DNA of 64,000 nt from an uncultured Prevotella sp. (lineage in GTDB: Bacteria > Bacteroidota > Bacteroidia > Bacteroidales > Bacteroidaceae). The stretch covers positions 17,863 to 81,862 of the forward strand of contig UQFS01000014.1 in the NCBI GenBank assembly GCA_900540375.1, given 5' to 3'. The notes beneath the pieces are model-generated. The model worked only from the letters and a program-made list of their open reading frames with translations. It was not told the DNA's origin and did not search any database. Shown in pieces: positions 9,708 to 19,065 of the stretch. Made by a program: the position numbers and the translations under genes. Within the stretch, counting starts at the first letter, position 1. Every line of letters begins with the position of its first letter.

Positions 9708-10904
9708 CTATACTATCAGATGCTTCAGTCTGCTTTCGCTTTCTTTCTCTCTGACAAAACCGATGAACTGCCTGAGATCGATGATAGAGGATCTGTATTC
9801 TTGGGGATAGTTCTTGATATATGTGCCGGGCACGACAAGATGGACTTTTTCATCTGCCATTTCTTTCAGCTGGTTTTTTGAGATTGTTGGCTGTAGCGTG
9901 AACAGATGCTTTTCCGGAATACGGTTTGCCTCATTGATGACTTGGCGCCAACGATCCTTGCAGGTGGTTTTAGCTGCAAGCGAAACAAGTAAGGCTTCGG
10001 GGAAATTGAAATTATGGTAGCATTGTCCATCCGGAAATATGAAATCAGGACGCTTCTTCTCCTCTGTTACCACCTGCTCTTCATAAATGATGTTGCTTGC
10101 TTCAAAAACAGAAGCAAGATGATGCTCAAGCGACTTCCCGGCTCTTGACTTGCGGCGATTCAGAACCTTATTGGCAAAATCAACGAACGACGAGACGTCT
10201 TTGAATGTATTCCCGATAATTGGCATGTAAAGTTTATGTTCCACCATTCTGAAAAGCGTATATTCGGTATTAACCCATTTCAGTAAGACTTCATCAGGCT
10301 TAGCAGCTATTTTATTATCATTCAGTTTGAAGGCTTGGTTATAGCAGTCACGAGCCGTTTGGGCCATAACCGTAGTCTCCGGAAATGATTTAATATGCTC
10401 GACGAAATAAGAAAGCATATTGTCTAGCTCAGAATCGGGTAGCTGCCCATCAACCTTTTGTATAATCTTGTTAGCGTCTTCCGGTGACAAATTGTAGTAA
10501 CTGAGAAAGCCATCAATGTCTTCTTCTGTTGACAAAACCCAAGCTTCGTAGTTCTCTATGTCTTGCTGAGCTAATACCAGCAAATCCCCTACATGTTCAT
10601 CACGAAGCCATTCAAAACCTCTGCCAAAACGAGTGATGCGGCTTTCATTACGCGTACCAACACCATAGTAAACAATACGGCTGTTCGTTATATAGCCATC
10701 CTGCCATTTTATTTTGATAAAAATATCGGCGTTGCACCCTATCTTGGCTTTATCACCCAAAATAATACCTTGCGCATCTTTCGGCAGATAGAAGCCTGAT
10801 TGATGGGATCCGGTCTTGCCCGCATCGTTTGGGGTTATGTAATGGCAAAAGGCACAATGAGAATTCTGAACACTCTCAATGGCTTGGATTAGCAATTCGG
10901 TCAT
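9708..10904 (-). CDS. Type II restriction endonuclease, EcoRII-like (predicted CCWGG-type, effector-domain plus catalytic domain)
   Basis: 398 aa; EcoRII is about 404 aa. The N-terminal segment PNDAGKTGSHQSGFYLPK resembles the EcoRII N-terminal effector domain as I recall it. The gene context is EcoRII/Dcm-like MTase plus Vsr. Family from memory and context, not a search. Confidence 0.55.
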   Translation of the reverse strand: MTELLIQAIESVQNSHCAFCHYITPNDAGKTGSHQSGFYLPKDAQGIILGDKAKIGCNADIFIKIKWQDGYITNSRIVYYGVGTRNESRITRFGRGFEWLRDEHVGDLLVLAQQDIENYEAWVLSTEEDIDGFLSYYNLSPEDANKIIQKVDGQLPDSELDNMLSYFVEHIKSFPETTVMAQTARDCYNQAFKLNDNKIAAKPDEVLLKWVNTEYTLFRMVEHKLYMPIIGNTFKDVSSFVDFANKVLNRRKSRAGKSLEHHLASVFEASNIIYEEQVVTEEKKRPDFIFPDGQCYHNFNFPEALLVSLAAKTTCKDRWRQVINEANRIPEKHLFTLQPTISKNQLKEMADEKVHLVVPGTYIKNYPQEYRSSIIDLRQFIGFVREKESESRLKHLIV

Positions 10905-10907
10905 AGG

Positions 10908-12173
10908 TTATTTTATTTTTAATGTCTTGATAATCTGTTCTGCTACTGCTGTAATTAGAGGCACGACGACTGAGTTTCCGCATTGCCGGTAGGCTTGAAC
11001 GTCGCTGACAGCATTAATGATATAATTGTCGGGATAGCCCATGAGCCGGGCACATTCACGTGGTGTCAGCTTTCTTGGATTCATACCCTCCTGCGGAATC
11101 AATATTTCGGAGCCATCCTTATAATATCTTGCGCTCAAAGTACGAGTGATCCTATCAAGATCAACCATGCCAAAACCAAAGCCGTTGCCTTTTGCTTTCT
11201 GTCTTATGGCATAGTTTTGAAGGTAATTCCAAAGCTTGTCAGAAAGCGTGTATTTGGGATCGACATCTTCTTGAAGAATATCTCTTACTGTCGTTGTAGC
11301 TTCTTTTTGTTCCGGGAAAGAGAATTCCTCCTTGCCTCCATATCTTTTGCGGTCAAAGCCCACGATCATGATACGCTCTCTATGCTGAGGAACATACATT
11401 TTACCATCCATCACGAGATAATGGACAGAATAGTCAAGCTCCTCAAGCACCTCACGAATCACTTTGAATGTGTTGCCCTTGTCATGGGATACAAGATTCT
11501 TTACGTTCTCAAGAAAGAAGGCTTTGGGGCGATAACGCTTTAGAATTTCTGCAACATCGAAAAAGAGTGTCCCTTGCGTCTTGTCCTCAAATCCAGTGGG
11601 GCGCCCTAAACTATTTTTCTTTGCTACGCCAGCAATGGAAAATGGCTGGCATGGGAAACCTGCGCAAAGTATATCAAAGCCCTTCGGGATGAAACTTTTG
11701 GTGTTTTTTTTTGTTATGTCGCCAAAAGGCATTTCACCGAAATTTGCTAAGTATGTCTTTTGTGAGAATTTATTCCATTCTGATGAAAACACGCATTTGC
11801 CCCCATTTGCCTGCATCGCTAATCTGAATCCGCCAATTCCCGCAAACAAGTCTATGAATGTGAACTTTGGATGCTCGGGAGTTGGGAAGGGTACTTTGAA
11901 GAAGTTGGCAAAAAGGTCGGACTGCATGGGTTCGGCAACAGCATCAACTATGTCCTTGTGATCATATTCGATTGTATTGTCCTTGCTTTTCTTAGCTTCC
12001 AGCCAATCTTCAGCTAACTGGACAATCTCATCACGGGTGTTGTAGTCTGCATTTTCAGAGTTGTGGGCATAGTGAGTCAATACGGCCAGGCAGTTGTCCA
12101 AGCTTGTCTGTCCGTAAACTATGAGTCCGTCTTCTGTGATTTCTTCCGGATATTTTGTGATTTCATTTTTCAT
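10908..12173 (-). CDS. DNA (cytosine-5) methyltransferase, Dcm/M.EcoRII-like
   Basis: 421 aa. It has motif I FIDLFAGIGGF, motif IV GFPCQPFSIAG (PCQ), motif VI ENVKNL and a C-terminal QCGNSV. Confidence 0.92.
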   Translation of the reverse strand: MKNEITKYPEEITEDGLIVYGQTSLDNCLAVLTHYAHNSENADYNTRDEIVQLAEDWLEAKKSKDNTIEYDHKDIVDAVAEPMQSDLFANFFKVPFPTPEHPKFTFIDLFAGIGGFRLAMQANGGKCVFSSEWNKFSQKTYLANFGEMPFGDITKKNTKSFIPKGFDILCAGFPCQPFSIAGVAKKNSLGRPTGFEDKTQGTLFFDVAEILKRYRPKAFFLENVKNLVSHDKGNTFKVIREVLEELDYSVHYLVMDGKMYVPQHRERIMIVGFDRKRYGGKEEFSFPEQKEATTTVRDILQEDVDPKYTLSDKLWNYLQNYAIRQKAKGNGFGFGMVDLDRITRTLSARYYKDGSEILIPQEGMNPRKLTPRECARLMGYPDNYIINAVSDVQAYRQCGNSVVVPLITAVAEQIIKTLKIK

Positions 12174-12193
12174 TGGATAATTCTTTCAGCATG

Positions 12194-12201
12194 CAAATAT
12201 A
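12194..12201 (-). promoter_or_regulatory. Candidate -7 promoter element (TAtaTTTG on minus strand) for the methyltransferase gene
   Basis: The reverse complement of caaatata is tatatttg, about 20 nt upstream of the M gene start. Confidence 0.3.
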
Positions 12202-12342
12202 CAAACTTTTTCCGACTTATCCAACTCCTTGTATCTGTTTGTTGTTTTACTGCTCTTTGCTATTATAGTCAACACGCTTGTTTTTCTTTTAACGTGTCAT
12301 CCTTAATGGCATCAAAAAGATTAACGAATATCGAGAATATAT

Positions 12343-12384
12343 TTTCTTAATATTCGGTTATATTCTTTATTCCGCAGAGCGGAG
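12343..12384. repeat. Right terminal inverted repeat of the restriction-modification island
   Basis: cggttatattctttattccgcagagcggag is the reverse complement of the left repeat at 8632-8672. Confidence 0.75.
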
Positions 12385-12482
12385 CGTTAGTTTGCACAAC
12401 TATCTTTAGTATTCTTGTGTCGGCCTCACACTCTTGTTACTTCCAAAAACTTTGAAGTCGGTCTCTTTTTTTCTTTATAGTT

Positions 12483-13262
12483 CTATAGCTTTCTTCTGCC
12501 AAAGAAGTATTGTCCTTTATGCTTGGTTCTGTTACCAAACTCAATGGCGTGGTGCGGGCAATGATGATAGCAGGCAAAGCAAGTCATGCATTGACCATTG
12601 TGAATCCAGCGAGGCTCTTTGCCAAGTCCGCCGTCGATGTCGTGGACGGGACAGACCGAGGCACAGATGCCGCATTTCACACAACGGTCTGAAACGATAC
12701 GGAAAGGCTTGTCGGTGATCAGCCAGTGGCAGAAGGCGGCACCGAGGACGCGGCTGTTGATGCGTGGCCAACGGCCGATGGTCAGACGCTCTACGTGCTT
12801 TTGATGTTGTTCGATCAGTTGGGCAAACTCTTTCAGGTCTTCCGCAGCCTTGTCCTGCTTGGCTTTCTCACGTTCTTTCTTGTCCACATCCATGAAGGGC
12901 AGGCCGACATACGACTCCGGCATCAGCAACGAGAAGGCTGCATCGAGCGTGATGCCTTTCTCTGACAACTTGTGACGGAAGATGTCCATAGCTTCACCTA
13001 CCGTGTCACCGGCAGTGCAGAGCGCATAGACATAGTGCCCGGTGGCATCGATCACGAGTTGCTTGACAAAGTCAACGACGATGCGCGGAGGACGCCAGCC
13101 ATGGATCGGGAAGCAAAATCCAATATCTCCGCCCGGTTCTAACTGAGCGATGAAAGGCTCGGCGCTGTTCTTGGCGATGTTGATGAGCCGGTCGCTGGTG
13201 TAGAAGCCCAACTGTTTGGCGGCCCAGGCGGTATTACCCGTTGCGGAGAAGAAAAAGATCAT
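12483..13262 (-). CDS. Flavodoxin-like / 4Fe-4S ferredoxin fusion protein (EFR1-family style)
   Basis: 259 aa. The N-terminus MIFFFSATGNTAWAAKQL is flavodoxin-like. The C-terminus has two CxxCxxC...CP ferredoxin motifs (CVKCGICASVCP, CMTCFACYHHCP). Confidence 0.65.
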   Translation of the reverse strand: MIFFFSATGNTAWAAKQLGFYTSDRLINIAKNSAEPFIAQLEPGGDIGFCFPIHGWRPPRIVVDFVKQLVIDATGHYVYALCTAGDTVGEAMDIFRHKLSEKGITLDAAFSLLMPESYVGLPFMDVDKKEREKAKQDKAAEDLKEFAQLIEQHQKHVERLTIGRWPRINSRVLGAAFCHWLITDKPFRIVSDRCVKCGICASVCPVHDIDGGLGKEPRWIHNGQCMTCFACYHHCPHHAIEFGNRTKHKGQYFFGRRKL

Positions 13263-13278
13263 GAGCGTTGCAACTTAG

Positions 13279-13434
13279 TTACCCTTGTATGAGGAAATAA
13301 GCAGTCACCACTACTCCAAGGGCGACAGCAGCAATGATGAGCTTGAGGAGGCAACTCGCAATCTTGCGTATGATGAAGATGCTGACGACAAAGGCCAGAA
13401 TCAGAATGACGTAGAAGGTGAAGTGGGTGTCCAT
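13279..13434 (-). CDS. Possible small membrane protein (51 aa, two predicted TM segments)
   Basis: Translated by hand: MDTHFTFYVILILAFVVSIFIIRKIASCLLKLIIAAVALGVVVTAYFLIQG. It is below the ORF-track size cutoff and strongly hydrophobic. Confidence 0.25.
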   Translation of the reverse strand: MDTHFTFYVILILAFVVSIFIIRKIASCLLKLIIAAVALGVVVTAYFLIQG

Positions 13435-13473
13435 GGATAGAGCTGTTGTATGTAAATGTTTCTAATGATGCCT

Positions 13474-14355
13474 TTATGGATGATTACTGGTTCCGAAGAG
13501 CCGGCGGAAGATCACGGGGATAGGCGTGCTGAACTCCATCGGCTTGTGGGTAACCGGGTGATAGAAGCAAAGCACGTAGGCATGGAGACAGAGACGTCCG
13601 ATCGGATCATCGCCATTGCCGTATTTGATGTCGCCGCAGACAGGATGCCCCATGTCGGCGGAGTGCACACGTATCTGGTTCTTGCGTCCTGTCTCCAGTT
13701 TGAACTCCACGAGCGAATGGTCTCTGCTGCGGTCGAGCGTATAGAAGTGGGTGATAGCCAACTTGCCATCACCCTCCCGTTGACTGCTGTAGGTAACATA
13801 AGCCCGGTTCTCTTTGAGCCAACTGGTGATGGTGCCCTGGTCTTGCTTCATCACGCCGGAGAGCACTGCCACGTAGCGGCGGTCATAAACCGTGTGGTGC
13901 CAGTTCTCTTCCAGTTTCAGTTCTGTTTTCTTATCCTTGGCATAGATCATCAGTCCGCTGGTGTCTCGGTCGAGGCGGTGCACCACGTGGGCGGTGCAAT
14001 GCTGTCGGGTCTGCTCGAAGTATTCGTCCAGCACCGATTTGACATTCAGCGTGCTGTGACCAGCGGCCATGGAGAGAATACCCACGTTTTTCTCGACCAC
14101 GACGAGATAAGGATCCTCATAGACGATCTTCACGTAATGGTTTTTAAGAGTGGGGTTGCGTTTGGTCTTGCTGACCGCAATCTTCATCCCTGCCTTGAGC
14201 GGATAGTCATATCGTGTGATGGTTTTGCCATTGACCTGTATGCCTCGCCCTTGCAGTGTGGCTTTAATTCTGGAATGGCTGCCATCGAGATGGGTGAGCA
14301 GCCAGTCCAGTAGTTGGGCATCAGCCTCAACCGTGTAGTGATCGAACTGTTTCAT
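13474..14355 (-). CDS. RNA pseudouridine synthase with N-terminal S4 domain (RsuA/RluB-like)
   Basis: 293 aa. It has the catalytic motif HRLDRDTSGLMIYAKD and an S4-like N-terminus (GRGIQVNGKTITRYDYPLKAGMKI). Confidence 0.8.
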   Translation of the reverse strand: MKQFDHYTVEADAQLLDWLLTHLDGSHSRIKATLQGRGIQVNGKTITRYDYPLKAGMKIAVSKTKRNPTLKNHYVKIVYEDPYLVVVEKNVGILSMAAGHSTLNVKSVLDEYFEQTRQHCTAHVVHRLDRDTSGLMIYAKDKKTELKLEENWHHTVYDRRYVAVLSGVMKQDQGTITSWLKENRAYVTYSSQREGDGKLAITHFYTLDRSRDHSLVEFKLETGRKNQIRVHSADMGHPVCGDIKYGNGDDPIGRLCLHAYVLCFYHPVTHKPMEFSTPIPVIFRRLFGTSNHP

Positions 14356-14377
14356 GCCTGAATCGTTGTGTCGGGGG

Positions 14378-15577
14378 TTATTCTTTTCTCTTCCAGATGG
14401 AGACGATCTTATGTCTGATGGCGATGATGTTGCAGATGCTCACTAAGGCAAAGAGACAGAGTCCGAGGATGATAGCCGGCAGCATCGTGCTGCTGTCGAT
14501 GTCGGGGAAGAGTATCTCGATGACGCCCATGTAGTAGTCCCGAACGAAGTAGAGCGTAGTCCAGGCGATGAGCAGCACACCGATGTTGAGGCCGATAGTG
14601 AGCAGCTGGTAGGGTCGTGCGACATTGTTGGGGCTATAGCCGATAAGCAGCAGGTTTTCAAGTTTCGACGAGTTCTTCTGTACGAGCAGATAGATACTCA
14701 GCATGAGAATGTAGAAACTCAGGATGGAGATGACCAAACCGACAACCATGACCATGGTGACTATCATTCTCAGGAAGTATGTAGTCTTTTCGGCTTGCAG
14801 CTTGTCGTCCTCCACCTCGTAGCCTTTCTGGTCGATATATTTTGTCACCTTCTCGTTGGCAGGATTATCGACCTGCATGATCAGTCGGGTAGGATCGGAG
14901 TGGCTGCCCGGCGCGAAGTAGTTGTTGCTCCAGTCCATGAAGGCCTGTGGCACGAGAATCGTGTTGAGTCGTGATGAGAAGCCGATGACCTTACCTTTGA
15001 AGCGGTCGGCGTGTCCGTTGCCGTGGATGAAGATGTCGAAGTTGATCATCCCCACGAGACCGTCGCTGATCTTAGGCAGGGAACGGCTTTGGGCAAAGCC
15101 GAAATTATACATGGTGATATAGGCGCGCGGCAGGATGATGGGTACGACATGATCGCCCGGCGTGTATATCCAACTGCCCTTGGGCGCGTCAACGAAATGA
15201 TCGGGGATACTCTCAAAGAAGAGTTCGGAGTTGAGCACATTGACGCCATTGACGCCCATGCTGGCTTCCACCTTATACTCTGTGGAGGTGAAGGTGCCCA
15301 CGCTGGAGGCAAACGGTTGATTCTCTACTTCGTTGACCTCAGTGGGCGAGAAAGTGTTGGTGCGGCCGGAGATAGTGTTGCCCATACCAATCTTCTTGCT
15401 GACGATGATGTAGTCGGACTTCATGAAAGAGTCCTCAGAGGTGAAGACGGGCATCACGTCGCGATAGAACTGATAGCCCAGCAACACGATGAGCATGCCA
15501 AAGAGGTTGGCAAAGAAAAATCCCACAAACTGGGGTATGCTGATATGCTGACGAAGCAGCTTCCAAACTAAGTTCAT
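14378..15577 (-). CDS. ABC transporter permease, FtsX/MacB-like
   Basis: 399 aa. There is an N-terminal TM helix, a large extracytoplasmic domain and three C-terminal TM helices. It overlaps the upstream ATPase gene by 4 nt. Confidence 0.7.
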   Translation of the reverse strand: MNLVWKLLRQHISIPQFVGFFFANLFGMLIVLLGYQFYRDVMPVFTSEDSFMKSDYIIVSKKIGMGNTISGRTNTFSPTEVNEVENQPFASSVGTFTSTEYKVEASMGVNGVNVLNSELFFESIPDHFVDAPKGSWIYTPGDHVVPIILPRAYITMYNFGFAQSRSLPKISDGLVGMINFDIFIHGNGHADRFKGKVIGFSSRLNTILVPQAFMDWSNNYFAPGSHSDPTRLIMQVDNPANEKVTKYIDQKGYEVEDDKLQAEKTTYFLRMIVTMVMVVGLVISILSFYILMLSIYLLVQKNSSKLENLLLIGYSPNNVARPYQLLTIGLNIGVLLIAWTTLYFVRDYYMGVIEILFPDIDSSTMLPAIILGLCLFALVSICNIIAIRHKIVSIWKRKE

Positions 15578-16218
15578 AGCAATAATGTCTTTTCGTAGTT
15601 TAAGTCCATGTGTTTACCGATGCTGGTCACGATGACTCCGGCTCCCTGTGCCTTGGCCTCGGTCATCATGATGTCGGCCATGATGCGTGAGTTGTTGTCG
15701 TCGAGGTGGGAGATCGGCTCATCGGCGAGCAGGAAGTCAAATGGCTGAACGAGGGCGCGGATCATTGCCACGCGCTGCTGCTGTCCAAAGGACATGCGCC
15801 CAATCTTGGCGTCGAGTTTGTCACTGATGCCGAGCATCTCGAACCATTGGCGAATGGTCGTGTCACCTTTGAAGTTGGTCAGCTTGTTTTTGATCTGAAC
15901 GTTTTCCCACGCGGTGAGTTCCGGGAACAGTCTCAGCTCCTGAAACAGATGACTGATATGCTGCTGGCGCATCTCCACCCAGTCCTTGACCTTGAAAGTC
16001 TTGGCGTCGAGGTCGTCGAACATCACGGTACCACTATAGTCGTGGCGATAGCCAACTATGTAGCTGCAAAAAGTACTCTTTCCTTTTCCTGAGTCAGCCT
16101 CTACAAGATAGAGGTGTCCTTTCTCGAATTTCACATCTTGCTTCCAGATCTCTGACTTCAGATCCTTGTTTTGCTGGAACACTTGAGGCAGCACGGAAGA
16201 CAAATTAATGGTTTGCAT
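15574..16218 (-). CDS. ABC transporter ATP-binding protein
   Basis: 214 aa. It has Walker A GKGKST, Walker B LLADEP and a Q-loop/signature region. Confidence 0.85.
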   Translation of the reverse strand: MQTINLSSVLPQVFQQNKDLKSEIWKQDVKFEKGHLYLVEADSGKGKSTFCSYIVGYRHDYSGTVMFDDLDAKTFKVKDWVEMRQQHISHLFQELRLFPELTAWENVQIKNKLTNFKGDTTIRQWFEMLGISDKLDAKIGRMSFGQQQRVAMIRALVQPFDFLLADEPISHLDDNNSRIMADIMMTEAKAQGAGVIVTSIGKHMDLNYEKTLLL

Positions 16219-16280
16219 ATCTCTGATTGAATATAAAGTCCCGCTCCTCTCTTGAGGAGGAGAGAAAGGTGGGTTGTATC

Positions 16281-17615
16281 TTATTGAAGTGTATATACGA
16301 TCGCGTTGAGTTTACCGAAGAGTGGAGCGAGCATGCCGGTGACGGCCTGAGCTTTGCTGCCCTTGACGGCGGCGAGGTTGATGACCAGTACGAGCTTTTG
16401 TCCCTTGATGTCCTGTTGCAATGTGGCGTCGATAGGATCAGCGGCGGCTTTGATGCTTTGTAAAGCCTTCTCCTTGGAACTGCCGCTCATGTATTGCCAG
16501 TCTTGCGTGACACCGAAGAAGTAGGTGGTCTTTGAATCAGTATAGTAGTAGCAGTCTCTTCCCCAGTCACCGATATGTCCTCCCTGCGGTACGCTCTGTT
16601 TCCAATAGTCCACATCGCCGAGCCAATCAGCGTTTTTGAGCTGTGCCGCCATGGTCATCTGGAAATTGTCTGAGCCAAGGGAAGGAGCGATGATGGTCAT
16701 GTCGCCATTGACACCTTTGATGATGTTGTCCATGTCAATGGCAGAGTTGATGCCGGTCAGGAGAGCCTGGATGCCTCTGTTCTGTTGCATGAGCTTGATG
16801 AACTTTGTGCCGTCGACATTGAGGAATATGCCGATCATGTCGTTCTTGGCCATCGACTTCACATATTTGCCTTTGATGGGGCGGTAGATGGCATGGGCCT
16901 GCTGCAAAGCCTGTTCGATGTTGCGCTTGAAAGAGAAAGTCTGTCCGTTGATATGGAGTTGTCCGTTGGCCACTTTCATCTCGGCGGCTATATAGATGTC
17001 GGAGGGATTGGCGTCTCGGGGAGCGCCAAGGGTGAACGGAGCGACAAACTGGTCGGGTAGGGCGCTGGTCTGACAGACGAGTGACATCGGCGCGTTGATG
17101 GAGTCAATCTTGTCGTAGATAGGTGTTGCCTTGATGCCGTCGTCCTCGTCTTCACCAAGATATTTGGCCATGAGCGACATCATCTCGGCTTGGGCAGCCG
17201 GTACGACAGGACCCATCAGCAACGCGGCCCGCTTTGACCAGCCGAGAATCCAGTTGTTGGGCAGGGCCGCAAAATTGAAGTCGCGCTTATGGTGAACGTC
17301 GCATTTCAGACGTTTGGCCGTCTTCTCCAAATCGTCTTCGTCTTTGACTTTGGCGCACAGTCCCAAATTGCCCTGGGCGTCTTCAAAGAAGAAGACATCC
17401 TCAGAGAGGTCGAGGCCGGCATTGTCGAGGTTGCTCACATGAAGCATTGTCTTGAGCATGGTGGGACTGCCGACACCACTGAGCTTGGCTGGCTTCGTGG
17501 AGATCAGCAGCGTGCTGTTGCCTGGGATGGCGTTGATATAGTCGTTGTTGGAACATGAGCAGAGGGACAATGCCAGTGCCATGAATAGTGAAAGTACAAA
17601 TGATATTCTTTTCAT
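16281..17615 (-). CDS. Putative lipoprotein (DUF4836-like), first gene of the lipoprotein-ABC cluster
   Basis: 444 aa. It has a lipoprotein signal peptide with lipobox (MKRISFVLSLFMALALSLCSC). No enzymatic motif recognised. Confidence 0.5.
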   Translation of the reverse strand: MKRISFVLSLFMALALSLCSCSNNDYINAIPGNSTLLISTKPAKLSGVGSPTMLKTMLHVSNLDNAGLDLSEDVFFFEDAQGNLGLCAKVKDEDDLEKTAKRLKCDVHHKRDFNFAALPNNWILGWSKRAALLMGPVVPAAQAEMMSLMAKYLGEDEDDGIKATPIYDKIDSINAPMSLVCQTSALPDQFVAPFTLGAPRDANPSDIYIAAEMKVANGQLHINGQTFSFKRNIEQALQQAHAIYRPIKGKYVKSMAKNDMIGIFLNVDGTKFIKLMQQNRGIQALLTGINSAIDMDNIIKGVNGDMTIIAPSLGSDNFQMTMAAQLKNADWLGDVDYWKQSVPQGGHIGDWGRDCYYYTDSKTTYFFGVTQDWQYMSGSSKEKALQSIKAAADPIDATLQQDIKGQKLVLVINLAAVKGSKAQAVTGMLAPLFGKLNAIVYTLQ

Positions 17616-17714
17616 TGTCGTGTTACCCGTTATTGATCATCTATTGAGATTTCTTCCTTATACCTATATATAATAATGTGTTTGTCAACTGTCGCCTTAG
17701 ACTTTCCTGTTACT

Positions 17715-18440
17715 TTAGAATCTCCGTTTGGACAGCTGAGCCATAGCGACGGCCATCAGTCCGGCGGTTTCAGTGCGCAGTCGGCTGCTGCCAAGCGTGA
17801 TGGACTCATAACCTTGGCTGATGGCTTCCTTCACTTCTTCGGTAGAGAAGTCACCTTCCGGACCGATGAGTATGGTTACGTCCTGCTCCTTTGGTGTCTG
17901 TTGCAAGGCCTGGAAGAGATCGGCACGGTCGATTTCATCATAACAATGGGCGATGAATTTCCGTCCCTGCCGTGGCGCATGGATGAAGTCGCTGAACTTT
18001 ATCAATTCCTTGACCGTCGGCTTCCATGCCTTGCGACTTTGCTTGACGGCTCCGACAACAATCTTTTCGATGCGGTCGGTGCGGATCGTCGTGCGCTCAG
18101 AGAACTGACATCTCAGAAACGAGAGCTCGTCAAAGCCGATCTCTGTGCATTTCTCTGTCATCCATTCCATCCGGTCCATCATCTTCGTAGGGGCAATGGC
18201 GAGATGGATCCGGCCGTTCCACGTCGTCTCTTGAGGCTGTGCTTTCCGGATGTTGTAGAGACAATGCTTGGTGTTGGCGGCTGAAATCTCAGCTTGATAG
18301 AAGGTGCCGCAGCCGTCCATGAGAAACATCTCATCGCCGACTTGCATGCGTAGCACTCTTAGGGCGTGTTGTGCTTCTTCTTTCGGCAACTCATTTTGAT
18401 GGCCGGCATCAGGCACATAGAAATATCTTTCTTCCTTCAT
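17715..18440 (-). CDS. rsmE: 16S rRNA (uracil1498-N3)-methyltransferase RsmE
   Basis: 241 aa. The N-terminal PUA-like segment (RYFYVPD...EAQHALRVLRMQVGDEMFLMDGCG) and C-terminal SPOUT-type fold are consistent with RsmE. Confidence 0.75.
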   Translation of the reverse strand: MKEERYFYVPDAGHQNELPKEEAQHALRVLRMQVGDEMFLMDGCGTFYQAEISAANTKHCLYNIRKAQPQETTWNGRIHLAIAPTKMMDRMEWMTEKCTEIGFDELSFLRCQFSERTTIRTDRIEKIVVGAVKQSRKAWKPTVKELIKFSDFIHAPRQGRKFIAHCYDEIDRADLFQALQQTPKEQDVTILIGPEGDFSTEEVKEAISQGYESITLGSSRLRTETAGLMAVAMAQLSKRRF

Positions 18441-18452
18441 GGCTGTGGGCTG

Positions 18453-19052
18453 TTATTGGGCATCCTCTGCTTCGTCTTTGCTTTCTTGGCTGCGCCTCTT
18501 GTCTTCTTCCTCCCTTTTCTTCAATTCATCTCTCAGTTCAGAGGCGATTTCGTAGCGCTCGGCCTTCACGGCATTGTCGAGAAGATCGTGAAGCATTGGT
18601 TCGCTGATGATGTTGAGGGGCAGCTGCAATCCTTTGGCATTGGGCTGATAGACAGAACTCTGTCTGCGAAACAACGCGGCATCCATGTAGATAGGGATCT
18701 CGTTGTGACTGACAAAAGAGAGCAGGATAGCGGTATCGGCTTTGATGGGAAGACTGAACTGATTCTCTTCATTGATGAGCAATGCCTTGTATACGCCATC
18801 CTCCAATGTATTGATATGGATGGACAGCTCCAGCGTGGTTTGCCAATGGATCATCTCCCAAAGTATCTTGACAATGTCATCGTTGTTGTTGGTGTCATTG
18901 TTCTTACTCTCTGTGATCTCTTGGAGGATCTTTCTGCTGCACGTAATCACGAGTTGGCGTTGCTGCTCCTGGTCAGAGAGCAGCAATAGACCATCTTGTT
19001 CTTTGCCGTTGACTTCGGCAGCAGTTTGGAATCTAAGCTGTATATTTGCCAT
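18453..19052 (-). CDS. Bifunctional-nuclease-like (DUF151) protein with C-terminal UVR motif; the ORF track extends to 19115 but the Met at 19052 avoids overlap with the upstream permease
   Basis: The C-terminal UvrB/UvrC-type motif is AERYEIASELRDELKKRE. Size and layout resemble BFN-domain proteins. Assignment is tentative. Confidence 0.4.
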   Translation of the reverse strand: MANIQLRFQTAAEVNGKEQDGLLLLSDQEQQRQLVITCSRKILQEITESKNNDTNNNDDIVKILWEMIHWQTTLELSIHINTLEDGVYKALLINEENQFSLPIKADTAILLSFVSHNEIPIYMDAALFRRQSSVYQPNAKGLQLPLNIISEPMLHDLLDNAVKAERYEIASELRDELKKREEEDKRRSQESKDEAEDAQ

Positions 19053-19065
19053 TGCCTGATAAAGA

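Larger units (their letters stand above)
8632..12384. mobile_element. Inverted-repeat-bounded genomic island carrying an EcoRII-like restriction enzyme, Dcm-like methyltransferase, Vsr and one small ORF
   Basis: ~40 bp terminal inverted repeats flank four ORFs that look AT-richer than the surrounding genes. No transposase or integrase lies inside. Confidence 0.5.

Noticed and set aside
8632-12384. Classical IS or transposon
   Set aside because: Terminal inverted repeats are present, but no transposase or recombinase is encoded inside and no clear target-site duplication is visible. It is called a repeat-bounded island, not an IS.
12434-12718. 94 aa plus-strand ORF at the 3' end of the flavodoxin/ferredoxin gene
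   Set aside because: Antisense overlap with a gene bearing two ferredoxin Cys motifs. Arg/Cys-rich junk composition.
13456-14313. 285 aa plus-strand ORF overlapping the pseudouridine synthase gene
   Set aside because: Antisense shadow. The minus-strand product carries the HRLDRDTSG catalytic motif.
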